A DNA stretch of 64,000 nucleotides from Mobula hypostoma (taxonomy: Eukaryota), in assembly GCF_963921235.1 (NCBI RefSeq), contig NC_086102.1, positions 174,034,001 to 174,098,000 of the forward strand, written 5' to 3'. Every line of letters begins with the position of its first letter. Position 1 is the first letter of the stretch. A program made the translations under genes and the position numbers. This document shows positions 38,517 to 51,460 of the stretch, in pieces. The notes beneath the pieces are model-generated. The model was not told the origin of the DNA, did not search any database, and saw nothing but the letters and a program-made list of their open reading frames with translations.

Positions 38517-38610
38517 GTGGCCAAACCCAATGAGCGCCCGAGGGCTGGGCCCGCACCACACGGTTGGCTAAGTCTCACTTTGGTAAATTTCCGAGGTGAC
38601 GTTAGCGCTC
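38440..38610 (-). promoter_or_regulatory. NR4A2 proximal promoter: tandem half-CREs, CCAAT, CATAAA TATA-like box, CRE-like site
   Basis: CGAGCGTCAG twice (38496-38515), CATAAA (38450-38455, minus), CCAAT at ~38528, TGACGTTA at 38597-38604; CpG-rich. Confidence 0.8.
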
Positions 38611-39224
38611 TGGATTTTTAAGGTAGTAAGGACATGACTTACGGCAACCTTCTCACCTTTTTGCAGCATTTCCAAAACAACATGTAGTTGGAACATTCGC
38701 CGTATATAGATTATCGATCCTATTGATCGCTCCTTGTGGAGTTATTTCTATGACGGTAACTGTAACATTTTTTTTGTTACGTAGCTATTAAACATGTAAA
38801 ATTCTAGTCAGCCATGAGGAAAATTGAGTGAGTTATTAAGCAATCTAAAGGATTTATTTTCAGTCGCTTTATTTTGGGTTAAATTGGCACTACTTTAAAA
38901 TTGTTTAAAATGCGTGCATTCCATTTGGTGTAATTCGCAAAGTATGAACTATAATTATCTGTGAATAAACAGCGTACATGTATTCATTAAGGTTTATAAA
39001 AGTTCTGCTTCTGGAATATCACGCCAAAAAAAAACAATCAACAGGTATAATTTCGGATTGTGGGATAGGAAGTTTTGTTTTTACAATTAAGTGCACGTTT
39101 CGTGAGAATTATACTGGTAACTAGTAATTAAAATGCTTGTTATAGTTACTACGGAGCAGCACTGACTAGGAAATTCACAAATGCGTTGTGTGTATGTATT
39201 TGCTAAAGTGGAAATTGTAATAAT

Positions 39225-39560
39225 GTAAGCGGGACCGGGTGGCGGGGGGGGGAAGTCTTGTGACCACCTTTAGTAGTGACAGGCTCGGAGGGAGCTAATT
39301 AACGCGGCTTGTTGCAGAGCAGCGTCAGCGCTCGTGGGCGAAGCGATTTAATGAACGAAAGGAAAATGTGATAGGGCGCGCGCCGGGGCCGGCAGAGTGC
39401 CGCGTGACGCAGGAACGCAGCCATTGACGCAAGGAGCCGGGCTGGGCAGCCAAAAATAGCAGGGCTGGCAGCGCATTGTCACTGTGCAATTGATGCATTC
39501 GGGGGCAGGGCGTACTGCGGCTATTTTAAACTCCAGCGGAAACTCGAGAGCACCAAATTA
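39225..39560. promoter_or_regulatory. CpG-rich upstream promoter/enhancer module
   Basis: GC box and G-run at ~39240, CGTCA at 39323, TGACGC at 39405 and 39425, MEF2/CArG-like CCAAAAATAG at 39450-39459, CTATTTTAAA at 39521. Confidence 0.65.
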
Positions 39561-40825
39561 AGACATTGCGGATATTTTTAGAGATTCCACTTTCGCGCCA
39601 AGTTATATGGATGGGGTTTAAGTTCATAAATGTGAATATATGGTAAAAAAAAATTTTGCTTTTATGTTTGTGATTTTGCTCATGTTTTACTAAGGTATTT
39701 TTGAAGCTTTTCTGCCTTTTGGCACCTTCTCCTGTCGCCAGTTTTGATGCGTTTCAGTCTGAGGTGTTACAATAGCACCTGTTCCTTTCATACAAACCCA
39801 AGACGGCAGTGGATTAGTTCGAAACTAAAACCCACGTCTCAGAAATCACCTTCTTGTGATCAGTTACTTTACAGTGCACGGCTTAGTGGTGTAGGACAAC
39901 AATGGGGGGATATGATAAATTTATTATACTGTTACAGGGGAAAATATAAATCACTTCATTGGAGTATGCCTTTATTGGAAAAATATTTAAATCAATAGCT
40001 TCCGAATAGTTGTGAACTCATCAGTAAACAAAACGTTCAATTAACGTAAAAGGCAACAACTCAAGGGAAATGTCCATTACGTTCCTATTAGGAAAGATTC
40101 TTGGCAGACGACACATTTCCAGTGGTTGACCGCTTAGCAGACTTACTCCATTCAGAAAACCGGAACTGGTGTAGTTACGCGTTTTCAACAAGAAGAGGCA
40201 GTCGCTCTCAAAAGATCCACCCGCAAAAAAACGGATTGCCCCTCCCCGCCTTTGAACTAAGTTTAAAAATTTCGCCAAAACCAGATCTTGTGCAACTCCA
40301 CAGAGGTTCTAACCGTAATTTGCTTAAGTACATGTTCCCCTGTGACTTGACAACACGCAGATAGCTGGCTGCAGAGTGGACAAGGCGGTCATTGGAATTA
40401 TTGTTAGCCAATGTAAGCTATGGCCAGAAACTTTAATCACTATATTATCCTGTTGATTCAGTTCCGTTTCCACTTCAGTACGCAACAGCCAAGTGACAGT
40501 AGTGAATGGATTGGCTTTCTCCACCAAATATGAAAGTGGTATGTGGTAGGGGAAATTAAAGACACGGAACAGCAAAACAAATGCACGAAACTTTTATTTA
40601 AGATTTCAACTAATTTCAAGTTATTCCACGACTTGAATAACAACGACTGCTGTGTTATATTAATTTTGAGAGATTATATTTTGTTTCAAAATCAGCAATC
40701 AAAATATATTGAAATAATTAACCAGTACAGGTTGCCCCAGGTTATTAACACCCAACTTATGGGCACCGCTGCATATGAATGAGCTCCCATAATATAATTA
40801 AATTTTAAAAACACTGTACATACAT

Positions 40826-41145
40826 AGCAACACACAAAATGCTGGAGGTACTCAGCTGGTCAGGCAGCATCCATGGAAAAGAGTAAACAGTCGATATTTC
40901 AGGCCAAAACCATTCTTCAGAATTAAGAGAGAGAGATGCCAGACTAATAATGCCATGAAGAACAATTAAGACCAAAATCACGAAGATTTCTCTTCCCTCT
41001 TCTTTCTCAGTCCTGCTGAAGGGTCTTGGCCAGAAACATCAACTGTTCACTCTTTTCCATGGATGCTGCCTGACCTGCTGAGCTCCTCCACCAGTTTAAG
41101 TGTGTTACTTTGGATTTCCAGCATCTGCACTTTCTTGTGTTTGCA
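40826..41145. mobile_element. Penelope-derived inverted-repeat element
   Basis: Inverted arms of the same family as 16557-16836. Confidence 0.8.
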
Positions 41146-44100
41146 ATGTACATACATGCCTTTGTTCCTATGAAAGACAGAAATAGTTTCCACTCTCCAC
41201 TTTCAGTAACTTTTTTTTTACATTTAACATTTCATAAATGTTATTGTTACCTGACACTAGACTCAGCCAAATTACTGGAGAAATCCCATTCGATGGATAA
41301 AGTATACATCAGAAATGTTGATGCTTTAAGGCTTGTGATATTACCAATATGAAATGAATACCTTAAATTCAAATAAATAGTTATTTGCATCATGTTAATC
41401 CAATATTTAAACTATGACCAGATCAATGGTCGTATTATTTGTTACTATCCAGCTTAATTTTCACCATAAATGGAAAATACAATACAAGCAGGGGAAACAA
41501 GTCCTTGTTTCTTAAAGATTCAAACATTTTTCTTTGATTTTGATCTTGCTAAAAATCTGACTAATTTCAACAAACCAATGGTTCTTACTGACAAAGAAAT
41601 TGAATGGAGTAGTCTGCTTAAAGAATTGATTTGCCTGTAGAGAAGAGACTGTATTACCACACTGTTATAAGCGATCTTTTGGATGTTTATAAAGTAATTC
41701 ATATTCAGAGCACATCCCCAAGGACATGGTGTAATTGCTCATCCTCCCTCTCCAAACACACGGTGTAGGTTAAAAATCAACCTAATCCTGTTAGAAGGAA
41801 CTCAGATCAAGATGAAGAGAAAGTTCAAACATTGAAAGGTGAAATTCATCAGAAAATTATGGAGACACTAGGACTTGCAAAACTTCTAAGTGAGCACACC
41901 TTGGAGACTGTGTTGGAGGATAAGACAGAGAAACTTCTTCGAAGTGGGCAAAACCTAGAATCACATACTGTATATTATGCTGCCCACTACTTTTAAACTC
42001 CAATTCTCTTGCACCGCAGTTTCTAACCACACCTTTAGTGGGCAAATCAAATCTCTTTTCATTATATTCTTCAAAGATAAACTGCTTATTTATATCTTTG
42101 GCAAATCTCAGAAATAACCTCTGACAGCGAAATATTCATCGAAGAAAAACAGTTCGAGCGGTACTTCCATTTCAGCTTTAGTAGCGGTTCCATGCTTGAG
42201 TATTGTCATGGCAAACACCATTTCTCAATTGTGACCCCACCCGACCTCCAAATCAACCAGACTTGGTTAAAAACTGAAATTGTGTTTACTGTCACAGATA
42301 CAACATGATAAACCAAAGTTAAATGGGATCAGTTTTGTTTCTCTGGCATCCAAACTGCCAAGTTAGCCTTTCTTGCTTTCTGTGTCAATAAAACTGCTGA
42401 GATTTCCCCTTTGTGTTTCTCCAAAGAGAGCACATACACCATTTTCCCATTCCCCCTCCCCCACATCCATCGTGACACTTGTTCATGCGACTCTTAAGTT
42501 GTTCATCCCCAACACTTAAACCCTCTAACTCTGTAACGTCTCAAAGGGGGATCTAGTAATTTAGATTTAAATAGAGGGGTCACAGTTCTGAAGTTTGCCA
42601 ATGACTCCAAAAACTGCGATGTGTTTTATTGATGAGAAAAGAGATTAAAGGCTGCAAGCGATCCATGGATTGGTGGGGTGTCCACAAAAAAAGTGAATAG
42701 AATTTCAGCTCAGAGAAATAATGGATGAAGACAAATAAGGAAATGAAGCATTTAATTTATTGTTTGAGAAGCAGAAAGTCCAGGGGTTCTCAACCTTTTT
42801 TATGCCATGGAACAAACTATTAAAGCAAGGTGTCTGTGGACCCCAAGTTGGGAACCCCTGCTATAATCCATGTCCATTGTACAAACTTAATGGATAGGTA
42901 GGTAAAATTAATTAGGTGACAAGATACCAGCCTTTGTCAGCTGAGGCAGAGTACAGAAGGACTAAAACTAAAGAAGATAGAACTCTGACACTCACTAGCA
43001 GCACATCAATTCCTCAATGACATTTAAGTTATCCCAATAAAAAGGATACAAGATATATTAAAAAGTGTAAGGAGATTTAAAGATCTCATATCTGGACGAT
43101 TACTATCATGATGAGTATTTGACTGGTCTTGAGCTGTTTGCAATTGAATAAAATACAAAGGAAAATTTCACAAAGATGTACTAAATTATGAAACATCCAA
43201 ACAGGAAGGAATTCTCTGAAATAGGTATGAAAGAAAGAAATTTATGTTGATTGACTAAAAGTACTGTATGGGAAAAAATAAAATATTTCAGCAATAGATG
43301 AAGGATTTCACTCTACAGTACTAATGCTCTTCTTCCTACAGATGCTGCCTGACCAACTGAATGCACTTAATATATAGACAAGGGTTAGAATTCATTGTCC
43401 AAAGAGTTGGAGGCAAAAACTCCCTCTACATTTTGAAAACTTCCCTGATGAATGTTTGAGTAGCAAGAAGTTGAAGTTGACCAAATGACTTAATTTTTGG
43501 CTGATGTTGGCTTCTGCATTGTGTGTACATAAAAATGATGCAGCCTGTCTTCAAATTTCCATTCCTCCAAGGACCATCAAGCTTTTAAAAGCCAAAGCTA
43601 TTACATTTGTCATTTGCACTGTGATTTATAGGCCTCTTTGTTCACATTTTCCAACTCTGGGAACATCCAGTACAAAAAAATTACAGTGCCTTGAAATATT
43701 TTCTGTCTTCTAAATTGAAAGACAATAATTTCAAAGTGCATCCTTAATTCACTGTAGATGTATATATATACACACTGTATAATGTTAGGCTCTTTCTCTT
43801 TAACATACACATCAGTCATGTATAAAACTGAATTACAGAGATTACCTTATAAAAATAACAATCTGTTTAATTAAACAGCAAAAATAGCTTGTGCTGCTTA
43901 AGCACTATGTTGAAATTGAATACCAAGATTCCATCTCTCCCTCAGTTCTTCCAAATTAAAGGATAACGCAACTTAAACCTGGTTGAGATTGGAAAGTTCA
44001 ATTTAAAATCAAATGTTTACTATGTTCCAAATGAACAGATATTGCAACTTTTTTTTTGGAGTTCCATATAAATCTGAATTAGAGGAAATTCCACTGAGTA

Positions 44101-45879
44101 ACTGTTTTCATGTGTTTAAACCAGGTTAAGCAACACTTGATACTACATATTTGATGTGTGAAAGGCAGTATACAGGGAAGACAGCAAGGGAATGAACTTA
44201 AGACAATTAAAAATAAAAAGAATGGAACATCTTTCAATATTCTGTGAATTTTGTGCTTCCAAGGGTTTTAAGCAGCAATTTTAGCTGGATTTACATTAAG
44301 AAAATGTCTTTTTGGAAATGTTGTAAATCCACATATTTTTTGGCAGTATAATTGTAGTGTTATAGTCTAAGCTTTGACATTCTATAAACAATGAAGCAGC
44401 CCATAATGGCCAATGTTTGCAGGTTTAGTATTGAAAATTAAATGGTATTTGAGCCAAAAGGATGGTGACGCAAAGCAAGGAGAAAAATGAACAAAATTCT
44501 TGCTCTGAAATACTTGAAATGTACTTTTCCACAAAGTATTAGCATTATTTCCTTCTTACAGAGCTGCCCAATTGAAAATCTCTCAAGTTAATATATCAAC
44601 AAATTTAAAATAGGTTAGTTTTATAATTACATGCATTACAACATGAACCCAATGCCTTGTGGAAGGTTCAGACAACCTTTGAATGTTGATCCATCTGGGC
44701 CATTCCGTAACTGCAAGTACAATTAATGATATAATTTTGTTTTACACCATTCATAAATTTCTAGCTCAATATAGTTAGAGAACAATTGTAAAATGAATCA
44801 CACCTTGACTGCCACGGGGGTAAAGAGTAAAAAACAATTACCTTCGATTATCCATCATTTATGGAATTTTAAAAAATAAAATGTTCAATGCAATCCATCC
44901 TTTTCAGCATTACTGGATATTTTGCCCAAAAAAAAAATCACATCCAATCCATCCTATGATACTGCATCACAAATGATAGAATACAATGAAATGCTAAACT
45001 TATTTTTATTGTACATTGTTATATATTGAATAGATTGTGATAGAATATAACAGGCAGACAAGTAAATAAAAGTAGGTGATTAACAATTCAAATCCCTCCA
45101 GAATAAGTGGTGGAACCATCCTTCACAAGATAGGAAGGAAACATTGCCTCTAACCACAGAGTGTTATGATGCAAGTCAACACTCCACAATTCCCTTTGCA
45201 GCAAGTTATCAATTATGTCATGGGGCAGGAGTACAATGGAAAAGTGAAAGGTGAAAGACTTTTTAAACAAAAGAGGAAAGCAAATTAAATGGTTGATTTC
45301 CATGGGCCTGTACTGCACGAACCACTGGTGTAATCAATGCCATCCATTTTTGCTCAGCTGTAAACTGATGCAATGTGTTAAGAGATCCAAGGAAAAAAAG
45401 TTTTTTTTAAATGCAAATGTTTCTGTTCTGAATATGGAATCATGAATTATTACATCCTTAGCATTCAAATCAAGAAATATTATTTATGAAAATAAATCCT
45501 CATTTTAAATATACCTCACAATTACAGCACTGCCAGTTAAAAATAGACAAGTGAATACTGCTTGTTTAAAAAAACTATTCAGTTTTCTGTTGAATTATTA
45601 ATAGTTTTTATTCAAATGATCTATATGTTACAAGTTTGTAACCTCATTGTCTTTCCGTAGCTAGTAACAAATGTCAAAGATGGTACAAAACACTTAATTC
45701 TTGTGTTCTGTGCCAGGATAGACAAAGCAAAAGATATACGAAGGCTCAAGGCACACTTTCCGGGCTCTATCACCACCAGCTACCCCACCCCACTGAAAAA
45801 ACAATATTCTTCAGGACGCTGAAGGCTGAATATTGAGTAGAATCCCAAGCTAAACCCTTCGTAATTTGTGAGGTGTCAG

Positions 45880-46138
45880 ATGATTCCACAACCTATGGAC
45901 TCATTTTCTAGACTCTACAACTCATGTTTTCAATATTTCTTCTTATTATTCTGTTTTATTTGTGTTTGCACAATTTGTTTTCTTTTGCACACTGGTTGTT
46001 TGTTCATCTGTTTATGTGCAGTTATTTATTGATTCTATTGTACCTCTTTGTATTTACTGTGAATGCCTGCAAGAAAATGAATCTCTGGGTTATATATAGT
46101 GACACATATGTACTTCAATAATAAAATTTACTTTGAAT
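45880..46138 (+). mobile_element. Rex1-like 3' tail
   Basis: ACAACCTATGGACTCA...AAGAAAATGAATCTC...AATAAAATTTACTTTGAA. Confidence 0.8.
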
Positions 46139-46589
46139 CAGGGAAAGAATTTAGTTGGAAACAAAAAGAGCCTAAAGGATCAAGGAAAGTGGCAAGCAAG
46201 TGGAAAAAGACTTTGAGGTGGCAAGGGGTGATAATAGGGAGTCAGGATTAATCATAAATTTGTGCAAGTGATTCTTCCAGAAATTGCATGGACTGGTTCC
46301 CTTTAAGATTTGAAGCCTCACACATTGTGAAGGCCTACCTCTGCACACCCTTGCCATATGTGCATCATAATTTTTAATACACGGAATGTTGATGGACTTC
46401 ATTGCACACAACCAGGTGTTCCCATACTTTGCCCAACAGATACATAAAGAAACTAACAGCAATTTATGACCTTCACTTCCTGCACAGAAAGAACCTAATC
46501 ACATTCAGGAAAAATGTTTGCAAATATTCTCTATGGAGTGCAGAGAATACACTGCTATTATTTATTAATTTTTTGGCCTTCCACTTCAG

Positions 46590-48280
46590 AAAAACGGTGC
46601 TACATAGGTCAGAGCTCTGGGATATAACATCTCAGCTGTGGTACTGAAGCCCTGCACTCCAGAACTAGTCACACTTCCAACTAAACTGTTCTAATACAAC
46701 GACAACATTGGCATCCGCCCAGCCATGAGGAAAATTGCCCAGGTGAATCCTGTTCGCATAGCAGCAGGAACCAAAGCCAATTACTATCAAATGAGTTTGC
46801 CCTCAATCACCCAACACGCTGACAAAAAATGCCAAAGGTTCCATCAGGCTGCACCTACTCAACACCCAGTTACATTTTGTCATATCAAAGCTCCATCCAA
46901 ATATGGAACGGAGCAGAATTCTGAAGGTGAACAGAGAGAACTGTCCTCAACATTGAGACAGCATTTAACCAACCGTGACATCAAGAAGTCCAAGCAAAGC
47001 TGAAATAAAAACAGAAAACACACTAGAGGTCAGCCTGCATCTCTGATAAAGAAACAGAATTAATGTTTTCATTTGAGGTAGTTTGGATAGGTACTTGGAT
47101 AGTAGGAATATGGAGGGCTATGTTCCCAGTACAGGCCACTGGAAGTGGGCTGTTTAAATAGTTTGGCATGAAGTAGATGGGCTGAAGGGCCTGATTCTGT
47201 GCTGTACTTTTCTATGACTTTGTCAGAAACATTCAGACCTTTCGACCTAAAACAATAGTTTCACTTTCCATAGTTGCTGTTTAACTCGCTGAGAATTTCT
47301 AGTATTTTCTGGTGTATCTCACTTTTATCAGAGGTCAAAGCACAAAGGTAAGCACTCCCCAGATTGGAACTGCACCTGTCACAAAAACAAGATTGTGGTT
47401 TGCAGAGAGCAGTAACCCTTTTCAAGACCATCAGTTCAGAAGTTCCTCAGAGAAGTGGCCCAGGACCATTTTCAATTATGCCAACCGTGACCTTCCATCT
47501 ACAATGTCAGAAATGGGGCACGTGTTGATGACTGCACAACATTCTCCTCGATTCACATTCGCTCAGCAAAATCAGGCAAAGCCTGCGAGCAACAAGTCTT
47601 AGAAACTGTTCAGACAGCAACTGTTAAGTGACATGTAACAACCACATCACATGCCAAATAATATCAATCTCCAGAGAGTCTAATTGTCTACCTCAAACTA
47701 ACAATTGGTGCCACTATCAGACTCCTCCACTGTCAATAGCCTGGAGATTTCAACTGACAAGAATCTCATATAGACCAGCCACCTACATTCTAGTTACAAA
47801 ACCAGATCAGGGACAGTGTGCCATAAAGAAATGGCACACCTCCAATTCCCAAAAAAATTGCTGTGTCTAAAAGGCACAGATCAAGAGTCTGATAGGATAT
47901 TCTCTTGCCTGGATAACTGCAGCTTTTACAACACTCCAGCTGTTCAACATCTTCCATGACCAAGAAGACTTTCTAAATGGTAGCCCATTCACTGTCTCCA
48001 CCGTAGGGCCATATTTGGCTACAGTACACACTATCTACAAAATGTGTTGCAACTGATACACATTTCAGATCCATGTGATACATCTCCCCAGTCCATGAAC
48101 TACACAAGTTCCTATACAGTCGGTATCCAAACACTAGCAATTGCGTATTCTTCTCCAAGGGGCACTGTCCTGACCTGGAATCATTCTGTCACTAAGGCTT
48201 TGTGGGAGTAGCTTCACCAGGTCTGAAGCAGTTTAGGAAACTGGCTCATCAACACCTTCAAGGGTAATTAGGGGCATCCA
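46590..48280 (+). mobile_element. Highly decayed RT-bearing LINE (CR1-group) with nested fragments; related 3' ends at ~13070-13500 and 53270-53550 (minus)
   Basis: Remnants resembling WKIAQV.P and GVPQGSVLGP.IF; 3' end matches the 53290-53487 ORF sequence. Confidence 0.6.
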
Positions 48281-50949
48281 GATTCCTCTCTTACACCATC
48301 ACCAAGCAAAAAAAAACAAACAATTCCTCCACCTGTCTGTACTTAACTGCAACAGAGAGAAATGTGTTGCTGATGGCCACTTCATTGCTTCAGGAATGGT
48401 GGAAGCTCCACTGCTGTAACGAAAAGAAATGCAAATCAGTAACTAGGAACTTTGAGAACACAAAGTACAAATTTAACATCTGTTAACAAGTGAAACCCAA
48501 GATATTCATACAAGCAACATCTCAGGTGGTTACACGTGCTACTACATCACAGCTTCACTGACTGGATTCAAGTAACGGGAGTTCCGGTTTCTTGTTTCCA
48601 AGCCCAAGCCGGAAATTGGCCATGCATGGTCTTTGGTTACATGCAAAACGGAAATGATTATGATGAGTCCATGAGCAAATAATCCATTAACTGATTGACA
48701 CAAAAGATGGCTGCTCACTTTAGTTATAACCTTCACAGGAGGTGGTGAAGAAACTAACCAAAAAAAAATCATTAAACATCAAACACCATCTTCAATACTT
48801 CCTTTGGGATATTAACGTTAATGATCATAGTGATCAAAAATATTAACTGCGCAGGCAAATTCATGTGCTAATTAAGATAAAGGATGCTGATCTCAGAGAA
48901 TGTGGCACATTAACAGTAGTCATCCAGCATATATATATATGTCAGCTATTTTCACATAGGTGTAGCAATTTAACAGCAAAAAACATGTTACTACAAGACC
49001 AAGTCTTAATTCAAACTTCAAAACTGTGAATTACATTTGTATAAAAATGTACACCCGGCATCATTCAGAGTACTACAACTAAAGATGCTCCACCAATTAG
49101 GTTTCAGGTAACCAGGCTCATTTTGTAAAGAATTCCAATTTGTGCACTATCTCCACATCACTCTCGATCTGCCCACATGATGACATGCCACAAAATCGTC
49201 CTGTCATCGGTTTCCATGCATCGCACATATGAGAGAAGAAGGTTCACAGCATAAATTGCAAGGATGGTATCTTGATACGTAGTAATGGAATGAAATATTA
49301 AAAAGATTTTCTTTGGTTCATCACACCTTACAGAAATGATCATTAATGAAAACAGTCCAAAATATATCTTGCTCATATAATCTGACTTTGTGGCAGTCTG
49401 ATCAGTAAAGCAAAAAGCAACTTGTAAGGGCATGCATAAAGATTTAAGGAAGGGTTAATTTGTATAATTTAAGAGAAGTTTGGATTGGTACACAGATAGG
49501 AGGGTTTTTGGAGGGATATGGTTCAGGTGCAGGCAGAAGATCACAGCAGTATGGATTAGATGGGCCAAAGGGTCTGTTCCAGTATTGTGGTACTCCACGA
49601 CTCTAAACATTCATTTTCTCTGGGTAAGTACTAGAGAACCATAATTCCTGCTCTTTGTACTTGTGGACTCTTTGGAAGGGCCCACGTGTAACACCAGCTA
49701 CTTACTGATCTATATTTCACTGATTAAGCCCTTTTTTTCTTAACAGTACACTAATGGTGGACCTTTCTATTAAGAACCAGGCTGCTCTATTTAGAAGAAA
49801 ATCCGATTTGTCTGTGTAATCTTTCTGGCAACATACAGGTTAATAAGAAAATGTCAGAGTGGGAAAAGAATAGCATGTTGCTTGTACTAACATGCAGTAC
49901 TCATTAGCAGTGTAGGTTTACAGCAGCAAATGAATCATCTCCTGCTTAAAACATCAACAGTCTATATTTATAACACTTACCCAATTTAAACCAATCTTCA
50001 GTAGGCAGTGCATGATGATTCAATAGTGATTTGAATCTGTGGGAGGTTTGAAGTATATAGAATTAAATTTAACTCACTCGTTAGCATCCATTACTAACTG
50101 AGAGAGAAATACGTAAAATGCACCTGAATATTTCGCCTTCTACCTCTAATGTATCAAATGGACCTTTATACACAAGGAAATTTCAAATATATCAATATAC
50201 AGAAATAAAACTGAACTAATGTTAAAAACACACAAGTTCACACTTAAAATTTCCATATAGCGAAACAGAAAGATTACTTTGTTTCATCTTGTTCATTCAC
50301 AAGAGCTCATATTTAAACATTTATCAGTGATATTGTTACAGTGCAAAGGCCCAACAGACAAGACGGGTGTTAAGACAATTACTTATTCTACCTTTCAATG
50401 TATGAACTAGCACCATCACATATCATTCCCTGACACAAAATCCATCTTGTCATCGAGATGCTACTGTCATTTCACAGATTTGTACGTGATTGATTCCACT
50501 GAAGGTTAGAGGCTAAATGGACCATATGGCAACATGTTGCTTTCCATATGTCTCCAAGCCCATTCATGCTTAACCATTTATAAAGTAACATCTGTACCCA
50601 GAAAATGTGTTTCTATTATTTACTCACTTAACTAAATTACATCATTGACACATAACTAATTATTTCCGTAATAAACGACTGTACATCTTCTATTGATATA
50701 CAGTATTGTCCTATTTATGGAGAGTTTATTCGAAACGGGCGAGATATACTGATTCTTATTTTATTCATAACGTTTTAAAAACATAATAGCTAAAATATCT
50801 ATAAATTAAAAGTCAACAATCGTGTTTCTAGCAGCCACCGCAAAACTTATTTTTAAAAAATTATTTGACAACATCATAGAATTTTGCGGAGAATTGTCTG
50901 GGTCTTGCCAACAAGGCGGCTACATTTTAAAATCGAAGGAGGATGAAAA

Positions 50950-51460
50950 TAACGAAATCTACTTTTCTGCGTCGGTTTTCATTCACTGCAAAACACGAGT
51001 AACCCAGACACGGCATTCCGAGTCGCACCGCTCCACTTACCGGTTCAGCCCGAGTCCAGCGGCGAGCACCTACCGAGAAGGGAGCGGGCTGCGAGCCCCC
51101 GAGGTTCGCACTTGCACGTTTACAGGAGCCGGTCGCGGATCGCCGAATCCGGGAACAAGGCTGCGCGGGGCGACCTCGCTCCGCAGCCCCGCGCCCGCGC
51201 CCGCGCCCGCTCCCGCTTCTCTTTTGTTTCCAATGGAACTCTCCGGATAAAGACTCCATTGTAACAAAAAACGCTATCCGGTCCGCACTGCCGCTCGCGC
51301 CCCGGCCCTCCTAACAAACCCCGCACCCGCGTCATCCTGACGTCAATAGAGCCTGGACCCGATGACGCGGTCGCTGTCTGCGTCATTCTATAAATAGAGC
51401 CATTTGTTTCAATTAGAGTTGAGCGCCTGACTGATGGCTTTTTCCATTGACGGCATGCAA
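50950..51460 (-). promoter_or_regulatory. Distal CpG island; candidate alternative NR4A2 promoter and first exon
   Basis: Very high GC/CpG; full CRE TGACGTCA 51338-51345; half-CREs 51330, 51363, 51381, 51448; perfect MEF2 CTATAAATAG 51388-51397; (GCGCCC)n at ~51188-51216; minus-strand donor CCG|GTAAGT at 51041. Confidence 0.7.

Noticed and set aside
50822-51386. Overlapping ORFs in the distal CpG island, or a GPD2 first exon
   Set aside because: Low-complexity GC-driven ORFs with no similarity to GPD2 or any protein I recognise; no GPD2 exons seen in the window.
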